IMG/VR virus record: IMGVR_UViG_3300034107_000364
Source of the DNA: a virus
Taxonomy: Duplodnaviria; Heunggongvirae; Uroviricota; Caudoviricetes
Strand: one strand, 5' to 3'
Length of the DNA: 64,000 nucleotides
Position numbers and translations under genes: made by a program. The notes beneath the pieces are model-generated. The model was given only the letters and a program-made list of their open reading frames with translations, did no database searches and was not told the DNA's origin. Positions 28,949-40,600 of the stretch are shown here, in pieces. The first letter of the stretch is position 1; every line of letters starts with the position of its first letter.

Positions 28949-29791
28949 ATGGGTCAAATTATAAGCGGTTCAAATAATGATTTAACTACTGGAAGAAGTT
29001 TCAGTGCGAATTGTTTAAATGCATTTCTTGATGAAATAGCAGACGAAATTACAGGAGCTTGTATGGTTCCAGTTAACTTACCACAAAAAGAGATTATTAA
29101 TATAATTAAGAGATCTAAAAAATGGTTCTATAAAAAATATGAGTATGCTGTAAAAGAAAATCTTTATCATATTCCAAATGACGTATTTTCTTCTGAATAT
29201 TTTAAAAACACTAGAACTCTTAATTTACCAGGCCCAGGCATTGATGGTGGAGGTGGAGTTTATTCTGTATATGGATTATATGACTTAGCTTCTGGATTTG
29301 GTGGTCAAGGTGGTGGATTGGATCTTAGATTTCAATCAGGCGGTGATTTCTCTATGGAAAGAATGTTATTTAGAGGTATGTATGAAGGTTCTGGTATGGC
29401 TGAGGCTGCAGAAGAATTACAATACTATGTATTGAATGCATCTATGGCAGATCTTTCTAGACAGATCTTAGAAAATCCCATTTCTTATGCATATTCACAA
29501 TTAACTGGAGAACTTAAGTTTTTAGGTGATACACCTAAAGGTGATGTGATCTTAGAAATTTATGAAACAATTCCAGATTGTGCTTTATATGACGATGAAA
29601 TTTTCTTTAGATATGTTAGTGCTAAAATCAAACAATCATTAGGTACTAAGTTAGGTATTTTTAAATTTGCTTTACCGGGTAACGTTGATTTTGATTATGA
29701 TGCTATCAAATCCATGGGAGATGATGAACTTACAGCTATTGAAGAGGAAATCAAAGGAGATGAAGGTGTGGATTGGATGATGCATACATAA
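28949..29791 (+). CDS. neck/head-tail connector protein (gp13-like)
   Basis: FFRYVSAKIKQSLGTKLGIFKFALPGNVDFD..G..E..IEEE C-terminus resembling T4 gp13. Confidence 0.7.
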   Translation: MGQIISGSNNDLTTGRSFSANCLNAFLDEIADEITGACMVPVNLPQKEIINIIKRSKKWFYKKYEYAVKENLYHIPNDVFSSEYFKNTRTLNLPGPGIDGGGGVYSVYGLYDLASGFGGQGGGLDLRFQSGGDFSMERMLFRGMYEGSGMAEAAEELQYYVLNASMADLSRQILENPISYAYSQLTGELKFLGDTPKGDVILEIYETIPDCALYDDEIFFRYVSAKIKQSLGTKLGIFKFALPGNVDFDYDAIKSMGDDELTAIEEEIKGDEGVDWMMHT

Positions 29792-29799
29792 ATAAAGAA

Positions 29800-29807
29800 G
29801 ATACATA
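29800..29807 (+). promoter_or_regulatory. putative late promoter variant GATACATA
   Basis: intergenic, 5 nt before gp25-like ATG. Confidence 0.45.
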
Positions 29808-29812
29808 CATAG

Positions 29813-30169
29813 ATGGAATTATATATAAAATACCCAACTGATCCTAATTACGACGAAAACCAGGTTCAAACTAATAGTGAAATAGAAATGTTAATCACAC
29901 AGATTCAAACTGCTCTATTTACTAATACGAGAGAAGTTATGGGTTCTGAGAATTTTGGATGTAATTTGGAAACACTTATATATGATTTAAATGTTAATGA
30001 ATATAATATAGTTTCTACAATAACTGATCAGATAAATCGATATTGCCCCTTAGCTAATAAGTATAACTTTAATGTAGATGTTACATTTATGAAGGGTGAA
30101 GTTAGAGATATTGCATTTATAGATATTTCAATAGATGGCAGATATTCTATAAAAATAAGTATGTTATAA
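29813..30169 (+). CDS. baseplate wedge / sheath initiator gp25-like
   Basis: QIQTALFTNTREVMGSENFGCNLETLIYD..I..QINRY. Confidence 0.85.
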   Translation: MELYIKYPTDPNYDENQVQTNSEIEMLITQIQTALFTNTREVMGSENFGCNLETLIYDLNVNEYNIVSTITDQINRYCPLANKYNFNVDVTFMKGEVRDIAFIDISIDGRYSIKISML

Positions 30170-30185
30170 AAAAGTAAATACAATA

Positions 30186-32015
30186 ATGGCTGAATTAAAA
30201 TTTTTAAGTAGAATTAGAACAGGTGCAGCTGACATCAGACAAGATGCTCAGACGTATATTTCTAGGGTCTACAGTAGAGCTAATACTCTATTTACGGTGG
30301 CTTCACCGTTTGCCCAAATAATTTCAGTATTATCTGAAATATCTGATTTAATTATGTTCTACATTGAAGATTCAGTAGTAGAACAAAACATATATACTGC
30401 TCAACAAGCAGAATCTATATATGGTATGGCTAGATTAACTGGTCATGATGCTACTAGAGGATTTGCTGCAACGGGTGAGATTGAATTTAGATGGAAACCC
30501 GGAGCAGATATGTCAAAGATTGCTGGAAATACATTAAATATACAATCTAGAGCTCAACTAAAATTTGATGCAAATGGATTAATGTATACTCTTTTAAATT
30601 CTAACGATAGTTTTAAATTAGAAAAAACAAATTATACATCTATTAAGACTGCTATTATTCAAGGTAAGTTTGAATCACAGACATTAACTTCTAGTGGTGA
30701 AAAATTACAATCATTTAGTATTAATACCGGTGGTATAACAGATCATACTAAAGTAAGTGTTAGTGTTAATGGAGAACTTTGGACAAAACATCAATCTTTA
30801 TATGATTTAGGTTCTGAAGAAAAAGCATATTTAGTTAAGACTGGAATTAGTGGAGGTTTAGACCTTTATTTTGGTAACGGAAGTTTTGGAATGGTACCAC
30901 CCAATGGTGCTACAATCGAAATAGAATATGTAAAGCATAGTGGAATGACAGGTAATTTAGATGATTCACCTGATTTAACTATTAAATGGGACGCAGTTGG
31001 TACTGATTCAAATGGTAATGAGCATGATCTAAATCAATTTTTAGACGTAACTATTACTTCATCGCCTAAAATGGGTGGTGATAGAGAAGATACCAGATTT
31101 ACAAAGATTATGACACCAATGGCAAGTAAGTCTTTTGTATTAGCAACTCCTGATAATTATGAATACTTCTTATCAAGATATAATATGTTCTCTTATATAG
31201 ATGCATATAATACAACTGACGACCAATATTTGGACGATGATAATGTTATTTATATTTTCGCAGTTCCTGATATTAAAAAGAAACTTGCAAAAAACCAAGA
31301 TTATTTTAATATTCCACAATCTGAAATGTTTTTAGATCAAGGTGAATATGATGCAATGCATAAGGTATTAGAAGATAGCGGACAACAAATGGTAACTACC
31401 GAAGTTGTTTTTGTTAAACCTCAAGTAAGATATTACAGTATGGATATTAACATTAGATATTTTGAAGGTTACACTAGAGATGAAATATACAATGCGGTTA
31501 GAGCTAAAGTTTCTGAATATTTATTGAGTATCACACGAAGAGATAAATTACCTAAATCTGATATAGTTTATATTTTGGAAGAAGTTGCAGGAATTGATGC
31601 AGTGAATGTTAGATTTATTTCTGAAACTGAAGAAACTGCATTAAGAAATGGTTACTTTGAATCTGTTAATGTAAGCGTTGTACCACAAGAACCCGTAACA
31701 CTTGAAACTGTTGGAAATGGTAAACAAAAATACGTTTTCTTTAAAAGAATCGAAGATGTAAAAGTAGTACCCGTTAAATATTCAATGGATATACCTGATA
31801 CTGTAAAAGGATTGGATCAATGGGGTGATATTATAATGGAGAAAGAAGAAGTTGCTGTATTTAGAGGTGGATGGTTAGATAGAGATGGTGATGTTATCGA
31901 AGATGATGTATTAATGAATGCTGAAGCTGCAGTTAGTATTAACTTTGAAGCAGATCCTGTACCTAGAACAATTTACACTAGAATACAAGCTGGAAATAGA
32001 AAAGCACTTAAGTAA
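30186..32015 (+). CDS. baseplate wedge subunit gp6-like
   Basis: NIYTAQQAESIYGMARLTG, YFGNGSFGMVPPNGATIEIEY, GGDRED, VLATPDNYE. Confidence 0.88.
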   Translation: MAELKFLSRIRTGAADIRQDAQTYISRVYSRANTLFTVASPFAQIISVLSEISDLIMFYIEDSVVEQNIYTAQQAESIYGMARLTGHDATRGFAATGEIEFRWKPGADMSKIAGNTLNIQSRAQLKFDANGLMYTLLNSNDSFKLEKTNYTSIKTAIIQGKFESQTLTSSGEKLQSFSINTGGITDHTKVSVSVNGELWTKHQSLYDLGSEEKAYLVKTGISGGLDLYFGNGSFGMVPPNGATIEIEYVKHSGMTGNLDDSPDLTIKWDAVGTDSNGNEHDLNQFLDVTITSSPKMGGDREDTRFTKIMTPMASKSFVLATPDNYEYFLSRYNMFSYIDAYNTTDDQYLDDDNVIYIFAVPDIKKKLAKNQDYFNIPQSEMFLDQGEYDAMHKVLEDSGQQMVTTEVVFVKPQVRYYSMDINIRYFEGYTRDEIYNAVRAKVSEYLLSITRRDKLPKSDIVYILEEVAGIDAVNVRFISETEETALRNGYFESVNVSVVPQEPVTLETVGNGKQKYVFFKRIEDVKVVPVKYSMDIPDTVKGLDQWGDIIMEKEEVAVFRGGWLDRDGDVIEDDVLMNAEAAVSINFEADPVPRTIYTRIQAGNRKALK

Positions 32016-32296
32016 TGGCATTATTTGATAATTTATTTGGATACAGAAGAGTTAGAAGATATGACAGTGTAAAAATTAGAAAAGATTCTAGATTGCACAC
32101 TGGATATGACTATGAAAATTTACCACCAAGTGAATTCATAGGTAGAGCTTTGTCTGGTCACATTCAAAGAAATGAAACCATTAGATATTTCTTAATGTTT
32201 TTAGATGACAATTTAAAGACGTTATTAAGAGGCGTTAGATACCTTAAGAACTATAAAAATTATACCGTCAAAGAAGACGATAACCAAACTAGATAA
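32015..32296 (+). CDS. small baseplate-associated protein
   Basis: 93 aa, TAATG-coupled on both sides. Confidence 0.65.
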   Translation: MALFDNLFGYRRVRRYDSVKIRKDSRLHTGYDYENLPPSEFIGRALSGHIQRNETIRYFLMFLDDNLKTLLRGVRYLKNYKNYTVKEDDNQTR

Positions 32297-35121
32297 TGTA
32301 CGATAATTTAAGATTTTTTAGGGGATTAGAATATGACTTGAATTTCGAGAAAGACGAATTCGATGTATATGAAGGTACTGTTCATTTGTCCCAAGTTTCT
32401 GCAGGTTTGTATGAAACTGTTAACTTATTCATCGTAGAAGAATGTATCTTTAATGGTGATCCTAATATTAATTTTCCTACGGCAGAAACTTCTAGCCCTA
32501 CTAAATTTATATTTGAATGGGAACAAACCAATAAATTTGATAGCACATCAATCATTTTATATGATATTGATAATACTGGAAATATTCCTACTATCAAAGA
32601 ATTAAAGTCGCAAACAATTGATTTATTAAATAATTCAAATACGAATTCTATTGTAGATGGTGTTAAATATTTAAACGCTAGTTCTAATGTGGCTATTCAA
32701 CTTAATATTGCATTAAGTTCAACAACTCCAGGCCCACATGTTAGAAACTTAAACGTATACGAATATAAATTAGGAGTTAAAACTCTAATAGCTACTATTG
32801 AATTTTACGGAGAAGTTGTAGCTGAAGACGAAAGACTTTCAGTTCTTTTGTCTAATTTTGGTGCATCTTTATCAGAATCAGATTTCTTATTATTCAAAGA
32901 TCATGACATTAGTGAAATGTCTCCTGATTATATTTTATTAAATCAAAAAAGAAAGGAACTTCTTTTAGAACTTCATAACATTAAACCATTTGTTGGTACA
33001 TATAAAGCAATTTTAAATGCAATTGACTTCTTTGGTTACGATAAATTAACTCTTAAAGAATATTGGTTAAACATCGATAGTTCTGTTAAGAATTTTGGTA
33101 AATTATTTGCTGTTCCAGTTGCTCATTCATCAGTAAGAGGCGAATCAATTAGAAAGAAATTAGCTTTTAAATTGCCATCTAATACGATGAAAAAAACCAG
33201 TAAGTTTAGTTTAGTTTATAGATTAAATGAACCTAATGGTACATATGACGAATGGGATATTCCTAATGTAACTGAAACATTTGATTATACACCTGAAGAG
33301 GTTTTAATTAAATTATATGGTTTAAAAGCCAAGTTACAACAAGAGTACTTACCGCTTCAAGCTAAGATTATTGACATAACTGCTGAAGGTGATTATTTTG
33401 ATCAAAGAAATTTAAATGTTTGGAATAATCAAAATGCTATTGATTTCTTTAGTGAAGGTCATAGAATTAAATTTAAAGTTGTTCCAGGTGATAGAGATCT
33501 TTTTATCGAAGATATGTCAATGGTTCTTAAACCATCGTTAGATCAAAACAATGATGCTGGTAATTATAACTTGTTTTTAAATTTAGGAATAGGTAAAGAA
33601 GATAATTTAACACCTGCAAATAGAATAGAATTAAAGAATGCAATTTATAAGTTTTACGAAACTTATCACGATAGAGAATTATATTCTTACAATCCAAATA
33701 TTCCAATAGGTTGTCCAATTATATTAGATGGAACTGATTCATTTGATGATGTATGGGACGAGGCTAAGTTTACATGGGAAGATGCTCACGATCCAAATTC
33801 AACTTTGTTAATAACATGGAATGATTGGTGGAAAGCATGGGTTTATGAAATCGAATGGGTAGTTACAAGTAAAGAAAGAGGTTTTAACCAGACATATAGA
33901 GGTGCGATCGATGATTACTTGGTACTTCCACTGATATTACCATATGCCGATTCTTACAGTGTGGAAATGAGAACGTATGATCTATTTGGGCACAGATCAC
34001 ATTATAGAATGAATGATGTTATAGATGTTAAATTAAAAAATCTAGAACTTTATGGAATTTATAAGTGGTTAGAATTTGATAACTGGGATAGTAAGAAGTT
34101 ACCTTGGAATAAAGCTGGAGGTTATTGGAATTCACCTCAAGACAATAAGACATTAGTTGAAGATAATTTAGCTACACTTTATTTGACTTTAGACAGAGCT
34201 AATTATATTCACTTAGAAGAAGATCAAGGAATTAGATTTTCTACAGTTAGAAGATATATGGACATATATTCTGAAACTGGTTTTAGTGAGACTACTGGAC
34301 CATACACATGGGACGAATCTACATTTAGATTTGAAGATAGCAAACACATTGCATGGAATTTCATGAGAGTTGGACCTGATTTAACTTCAAGTTTTAAAAT
34401 CAATGACATACAACAAGGTGATAAATTAGTTATCAAATACAAACATCCTATAAATGGCACAGTTAGCTTCGGTGAACATACTATTATAAATGCAACTCCT
34501 ACTACTTTCAATGATGTAAATGGATGGAAACAAATAATGGATGAATTAAATGCTAGCACCGATCCTGTTATTAGTAAATTTAATTATAATGCAATATTCG
34601 AAGATCTAGATGATAATGATACAAATGATGTATTTAGATTTATTTTAGCAGTAGGTTGGGAATATTCAAGTATATATGATTTTGATACTGTTTCTATTGT
34701 GAAAGTAAATCCGGCGGCTCAAAGTTATATCCAACAACAGAGTAATTATGTGAATCCCGGTAATTATGTTGGTGTAGATTTTAATTTAAATTCTGTTTCT
34801 AATTCAAATGTAACTGGTGAAACACATGTTGAACATTTTAATCCAACATGGGACGATACTAGAGTATTTACAAATTATGCAGAAGTTGAAAGATCAACAC
34901 ATGTTACAATATCTACTGATATTTCTAAGTTTCCTGGTAGAAAAAATGCTAAGTGGACAATCACAAATATAAGTAACCCAAAAATCACTGATATATACTA
35001 TAATAATATGTGGCTGACGTACATCTTTAAAGAACCTGGATACTATTCAATTCAATTAGAGGCTGAAGACACACATGGTAATAAAAACCTTGTAAAAAGA
35101 AACATGTTAAAAGTAAAATAA
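32296..35121 (+). CDS. baseplate wedge protein (gp7-like) with C-terminal PKD/Ig-like domain
   Basis: VGTYKAILNAIDFFGY..LKEYW motif following gp6; YIFKEPGYYSIQLEAEDTHGN PKD-like end. Confidence 0.65.
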   Translation: MYDNLRFFRGLEYDLNFEKDEFDVYEGTVHLSQVSAGLYETVNLFIVEECIFNGDPNINFPTAETSSPTKFIFEWEQTNKFDSTSIILYDIDNTGNIPTIKELKSQTIDLLNNSNTNSIVDGVKYLNASSNVAIQLNIALSSTTPGPHVRNLNVYEYKLGVKTLIATIEFYGEVVAEDERLSVLLSNFGASLSESDFLLFKDHDISEMSPDYILLNQKRKELLLELHNIKPFVGTYKAILNAIDFFGYDKLTLKEYWLNIDSSVKNFGKLFAVPVAHSSVRGESIRKKLAFKLPSNTMKKTSKFSLVYRLNEPNGTYDEWDIPNVTETFDYTPEEVLIKLYGLKAKLQQEYLPLQAKIIDITAEGDYFDQRNLNVWNNQNAIDFFSEGHRIKFKVVPGDRDLFIEDMSMVLKPSLDQNNDAGNYNLFLNLGIGKEDNLTPANRIELKNAIYKFYETYHDRELYSYNPNIPIGCPIILDGTDSFDDVWDEAKFTWEDAHDPNSTLLITWNDWWKAWVYEIEWVVTSKERGFNQTYRGAIDDYLVLPLILPYADSYSVEMRTYDLFGHRSHYRMNDVIDVKLKNLELYGIYKWLEFDNWDSKKLPWNKAGGYWNSPQDNKTLVEDNLATLYLTLDRANYIHLEEDQGIRFSTVRRYMDIYSETGFSETTGPYTWDESTFRFEDSKHIAWNFMRVGPDLTSSFKINDIQQGDKLVIKYKHPINGTVSFGEHTIINATPTTFNDVNGWKQIMDELNASTDPVISKFNYNAIFEDLDDNDTNDVFRFILAVGWEYSSIYDFDTVSIVKVNPAAQSYIQQQSNYVNPGNYVGVDFNLNSVSNSNVTGETHVEHFNPTWDDTRVFTNYAEVERSTHVTISTDISKFPGRKNAKWTITNISNPKITDIYYNNMWLTYIFKEPGYYSIQLEAEDTHGNKNLVKRNMLKVK

Positions 35122-35134
35122 TAAAAACAATAAA

Positions 35135-35701
35135 ATGGCAAACATTACTGAAATCTTAGGAACTGACTCAGTTTCTTCATCAAGACCGATTATCAATAGT
35201 AACTTTGAGTTATTAAACGACGAGTTAGCATCTGTTACGGCACTACTAAACCCTACAACATTAACCTTAAGTGGACTCGCAAGTGTTTCTACTTCATCGT
35301 TGACTGTTGCACAAGGAGGTATAAATTTACTACTTATTAATAATTTAGGCGCTGTATTTAATGTTGCGGCTACGTTTGCATCAAGTGCTAAATTTGGAGG
35401 TACTTTAATTAAAAGCGGAGTATTGGGTACTGCTGCAGTTCCAACTACACAAGTTACACCAACTGTTATCACAGCAATTACATATTTTGTTGACACTAAC
35501 TTTACTTTACCTGAAGCAACAGATGGTCAAGAGGTAACTGTAATTAATGTTTCTTCGGCTTCACAATCTGTATTAGCAGGTGTAGGCGCTTCTTTAGCAG
35601 CAAGTACAATTGCATTAACAGGATTAAATTCTACAGTAACATTAAGATGTTTCGCTAATAAATGGTATGTTATTGCATCTCACAAAACAACAATTGTATA
35701 A
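35135..35701 (+). CDS. small structural/fibre-type protein
   Basis: N-terminal EILGTDS..IINSNF motif; TLPEATDGQEVTVIN..VTLR..KWYVI beta domain. Confidence 0.65.
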   Translation: MANITEILGTDSVSSSRPIINSNFELLNDELASVTALLNPTTLTLSGLASVSTSSLTVAQGGINLLLINNLGAVFNVAATFASSAKFGGTLIKSGVLGTAAVPTTQVTPTVITAITYFVDTNFTLPEATDGQEVTVINVSSASQSVLAGVGASLAASTIALTGLNSTVTLRCFANKWYVIASHKTTIV

Positions 35702-35720
35702 AACAAAATTTAATTAATAA

Positions 35721-37658
35721 ATGGCAACTCCTCTAGTTAGAATACCGCAGCCCATGGGAGGCACAATGTATGCTTTTGCTTCTTCAGCAAGAGATATGAC
35801 TAGAGCTTTTAACAGTTCGGACTTAAATTTTGAATTTAGCAAATATGCTTTGTTAGATCTTCCAGATTTTACTGATTCAGTTAATGGTTCTAACACTATA
35901 GATTTTGAATTAAAACTTAAACAACCTTCGGGCCAAGCGTATATTGCTGGAATGCCTAATGTTGATTTTGCACAAACATTTCAGAATTACGCATTAAACA
36001 TGGAAGAGTTATTATTACAAGATGATGACTACGATCCAATTATTTTACAATCAGATGCTGAAAAAATATTCTTTAAATGGTTATCTTCTTTAGGTGCCAT
36101 TGATTTTATTACAGCAGATTCTAACCAAACTCTTTTAGGTAATTATACAGAGAAAGTTAATGGAAATTTAGCGAGTGCTAATTATGACAGAGTGGTTAAA
36201 TATTTAGGAACTATTGATGTTGAGAATGATGTTGCTTATCAAGGTAACACATATCATGAAGTTTATATTAATGTTCCTACTTCAGTTGGTTATACACCGA
36301 CAGTTTTGTTTAAGCCATCAAATTACAATACATCTGCAACCAAATTATATGCTAGTGATTATATAGAAGGTAGAGCAGGACAAACACATCCTGATCCTAA
36401 TATTAATATCAATACAGTTGTTGATGCTTACGCTTTAAGTAGTGGACCATATTACAATATTCAAACGAATGCAACTAATAGTGTTGGTATTCAATTTGAT
36501 CCAAGTGCATATGAAGAAATTAACAATGATGTTGATGTAAAGTCATTATTAGATTTTGCTAAAAAAGGACAGAAATTTAATTTCAATGCAATATTAGTTT
36601 ACTATGATATTTATAGTCAATCAGTACCTGCTAATAGAGCAACAAACTTATATGGTATTTTAATACTTGATGATATTCAAGATTCTTATGGACCTGGTTC
36701 TAAGATTAACGAACAAATTAAGTATAAGCCAAATGAAATTACAGGTTTAAATGGTAATGCATTCTCTTTAAAATTAAATTTAAAATTTAATTCATCATTA
36801 GATAATGTTGGTGTTGAAACTAGTATAAATGACTTTACTACGTTTTCTATGGATTTATTCATGGATACAACTACTGCTTTAGAAAATGCTACTGAACTTT
36901 TAATTCAAGCAAATAATAGATATGGCGCGGTTGTTAATAGATTAGATGCTATTGAAAATATAGTTGCTGCTAAAGAAAATGCTACGGCACTTTTAAGTAG
37001 AATTGTTTCTTTAGAAGATTCATTTCAAAATGCCTCTATTCAATTAGCAGACTCTAACTCTCTTTTGGAATTAATTACAAAGGCACACAATAAAATCAAT
37101 TCATTAATTGACGGAACAATACCTGTAGAATTGCAATATAATACTGATGTTTTATTTGCTGGTAAAGGTACAGAGGTTGATAAATCTATTCCTAATAAAA
37201 TTAAAATTAACAGTACAGTTGATGGTTATACTTTGAATAGTGTATACCTTTGGAATATGGTTGCTAATGCAATTGCAACACAATTATCTTCGACTGTACA
37301 ATTTGATGCAGGAAATGTTGGTAATGGTTCTGGTAAATTTGCAATCTGGTCTAGATTAGAATCTTTTACAAATAGATTAAGTCTTAGGGGTTTAATCTCA
37401 ACTGATCCTGAAAGTAATCTTAATATATACATTGATGATAGTCTTACTGCTTGGAAAAGCGGTCAAACTTTTAAAATCACATTTGACACAATCAATATGT
37501 CTGGTAATAATATTAAAATTTGGACTAGTAAAACAACTGGATTTGATAAATTAGTAGCAGACATAGACGCAACTCAATTAATAACAAACAAACCGTATAT
37601 TGAATTAGTATGTATAAATCCTGCTAATTATCAATTCGAAGCTGATATTTTAAGATAA
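35721..37658 (+). CDS. virion structural protein (baseplate)
   Basis: 645 aa; FSKYALLDLP, FNFNAILVYYD..NLYGIL motifs; within structural module. Confidence 0.6.
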   Translation: MATPLVRIPQPMGGTMYAFASSARDMTRAFNSSDLNFEFSKYALLDLPDFTDSVNGSNTIDFELKLKQPSGQAYIAGMPNVDFAQTFQNYALNMEELLLQDDDYDPIILQSDAEKIFFKWLSSLGAIDFITADSNQTLLGNYTEKVNGNLASANYDRVVKYLGTIDVENDVAYQGNTYHEVYINVPTSVGYTPTVLFKPSNYNTSATKLYASDYIEGRAGQTHPDPNININTVVDAYALSSGPYYNIQTNATNSVGIQFDPSAYEEINNDVDVKSLLDFAKKGQKFNFNAILVYYDIYSQSVPANRATNLYGILILDDIQDSYGPGSKINEQIKYKPNEITGLNGNAFSLKLNLKFNSSLDNVGVETSINDFTTFSMDLFMDTTTALENATELLIQANNRYGAVVNRLDAIENIVAAKENATALLSRIVSLEDSFQNASIQLADSNSLLELITKAHNKINSLIDGTIPVELQYNTDVLFAGKGTEVDKSIPNKIKINSTVDGYTLNSVYLWNMVANAIATQLSSTVQFDAGNVGNGSGKFAIWSRLESFTNRLSLRGLISTDPESNLNIYIDDSLTAWKSGQTFKITFDTINMSGNNIKIWTSKTTGFDKLVADIDATQLITNKPYIELVCINPANYQFEADILR

Positions 37659-37659
37659 T

Positions 37660-40600
37660 ATGAATACTAACAACTCTATTTCTAATTCACTCAAGAAACT
37701 ACTTGAGATCAACGCTAATTCCTTAAAGACTTTTGAGAGAATTAATGAAGCAATCACGACTGATCAACAAGATGTACCTCTTGAGATAATAACTACTGAT
37801 GGAACTAAAACAGTTTATGTACCGTCATTTGGTTATATGAAAAGAGAGTTAGAAAGATTAGACACTAATCTAAAATCTTTAGCGGGTTTAGGTAAGGGTA
37901 ATACTAGAATTAAGTTACCAGATGGTACTTATCAAAATATTATTACATCTACTTTAAAATCTCCAGCTAATGATATTACTGTGTTTAATAGACCTGTTAA
38001 TTTTTCAACTAAGCCTAATTATTTCTTTGAAGATTTCTTAAATCCTTTATTGACTACTACTATTAATGTTGGTGGACAAATACCTACCAATACTGAAAAG
38101 ATATTAGTTAAAAGAATTTTATTTGATTCTTCGAATGCAGTTACTGTTGATTATTTTAACACTAACTTTAAGAATAAAGAAAATATAGATTATGCTACTG
38201 CAATTAGAGATATTGCAATCAATAGTTTAACATATACTTTAGATGAAGACACTAGAGATTTACCTTATAGAAATGCACAATACACTGGTAAATTTGATGT
38301 ATTAAAAATTAACAATTCTAAGAGAGAAGAAACTGTCGAGGGTGTTACAACTAAAAGAGGTATAAAATTATATGCTTTAGATAAATTAACATATAGTGAT
38401 TCTACAAAGGCTTTTGCTGAAACAGAAACATTAAAAGTTGGTGATGAACTTATGATTCAAGGTGGTCTTAGAAACACCAGATATAAAATTACTAGAATTG
38501 ATGGATCTACAAATCAAGTAGAACTATTATTAGTTGAAGGTTATGAATCTATTAAGATTGGTGCTGATCAATTAGGAATCTATAAAAATGATGATAATAA
38601 TCTAAACATACAAGTTAATGTTGGTTTTAATGAAAGACTTTTAGTATTTATTAAAGCAATAGATCCTGATTCTAAAATATTGGCAGAAAATTGGTCACCT
38701 GGTATTGGTTTTTATTCTAACGAATTAACATTAGTACAAACCGATGGTTCATCAATAAGATTAGACGATTATTACAAGGCTGAAGTCGCTGACTTTGGTA
38801 GATATATTAATGCACTTAAAGAAGATGCTATTCCACCAGCAACACAGGGTATTACTCCTGATGCTCCGACACTGGATCTTAATAACTTTAAGGTAGTACA
38901 AATTAATACTCACCTTACAGCTAATGACAGCGCTGACAAGATTAAAAAGTTAGCAGCTGACAAAGTTTCTGTTGAAGAGAAGATTAAAAAATTAGATGAA
39001 ATTATAGTTAAGAAAAGAGCTGAGATTTCTACTAAGAAATATGAATCTAATATTCAAAAAGATAAAGATAAAAACGAATTAAATTCACTTATCACTGAAA
39101 GAACTAGTGAAACAAGTTTATATAATAGTATTGTAAACCAAATCCAATCATTGGCTTCGGGTTCTAATACAACTAAGGTTACTCCAAAATATAGAGTTAG
39201 AGGTTTTTGGGCTATTCCAGAACCTAAAAAAGTTGCTGATACTGTTGATCAAAGTGTTGTACAATTTATTATACAATACAGATACTTATCTACTAGTGGA
39301 AAAGCAAGTGAAGTTTCACAACTTCCATTCACCGAAGGTACAAGACAAAAAACTGCAGTTTTCTCAAATTGGAACGAAATGACGACTAAGGCTAGAGACA
39401 GATATAGAGATACTGTTTCTGGTAAATTTGCATGGCAAGCTAGTTTAGTTGAAGATGCTCAAGAAGTAAACTTTAATCAATTAGATATTTCAATTAATGA
39501 AGGTGAATTAGTAGAGATCAGAGTTAAATCTGTTTCTGAAGCTGGTTATCCTGCAAATCCAATATATTCTGATTGGTCGGAAGCAATTACTATTGATTTC
39601 CCAATTGCTGAAATTGATACTACAAACGTAGAGGCATTATTAATGTCTAATGCTGCTGAAACAGCTGCTGTTAAAATTTCAGAGGAATTAACATCTAAAG
39701 GTGTATTTACACATATAGATGATAGCTTTAGTGCTAATGAAAAATATTATGCACACAGTGCAACAAGTATTGCTTCAGGATTCTTATCTGCTGAACAGAA
39801 ACCAATTTCGGTTTATGATAAAATTGCAGAATTAGAAGCTCAAATAGCATCGCTTAAAGTTACTGTTGAAGTGGAAATCGGTGAACTTCTTGTTAAGATC
39901 ATGGACGAAGATGGTACAGTTACTGTTATTAACAATGATACTAAAAATCAAATCTTTGCAGGTTATTATACTGACGAAGTTGCGAGTTTAACTATTAAGA
40001 AAGGTCACATTGTTACTAAAACATTTAAACTTTTATTAGAAAATACAAAGGCTACTAAATTAGAATTAGTTTCAAGATTAGTTGGTGATAGAAATTTGCC
40101 AGCATATAGATCTACTTCAGCAGGATCTGCAATTGCAGATAGTGGTTTTGGTGTAAGATTAAATGATAGCGGAATTGCAGATACTGATAATAAAATTAGT
40201 TCAGATAATTATTATACATCTGAGGGTAAATATGATTTAGTACCAATTCAATATCAAAACATCGATGCAACATCAATAACATCATATGCATTATTAGCTG
40301 AAGCACCATATCAATCTGCACAAAGACGTGGACAATTTGTTTACTCTAGATTTATGGATATTGCTAATCAAAATCCATTATACGTGACGGAATCTTTATT
40401 GTCTGGTGCACTTCCAAATTTAACAAATTATGAGTATCCTCTTAGTTATGCAACATTTCAAGGAACTGCTGCTGGAATTCAATTAATTGATCCAAATGGA
40501 AGTGGTAATTCTGTTGATTTTATATGGACTGGAACATTCGGTAAAGGTGATACGGGTGTCACTGGAAATATATCTGGAGATTTTACTAAAGATAAAATAG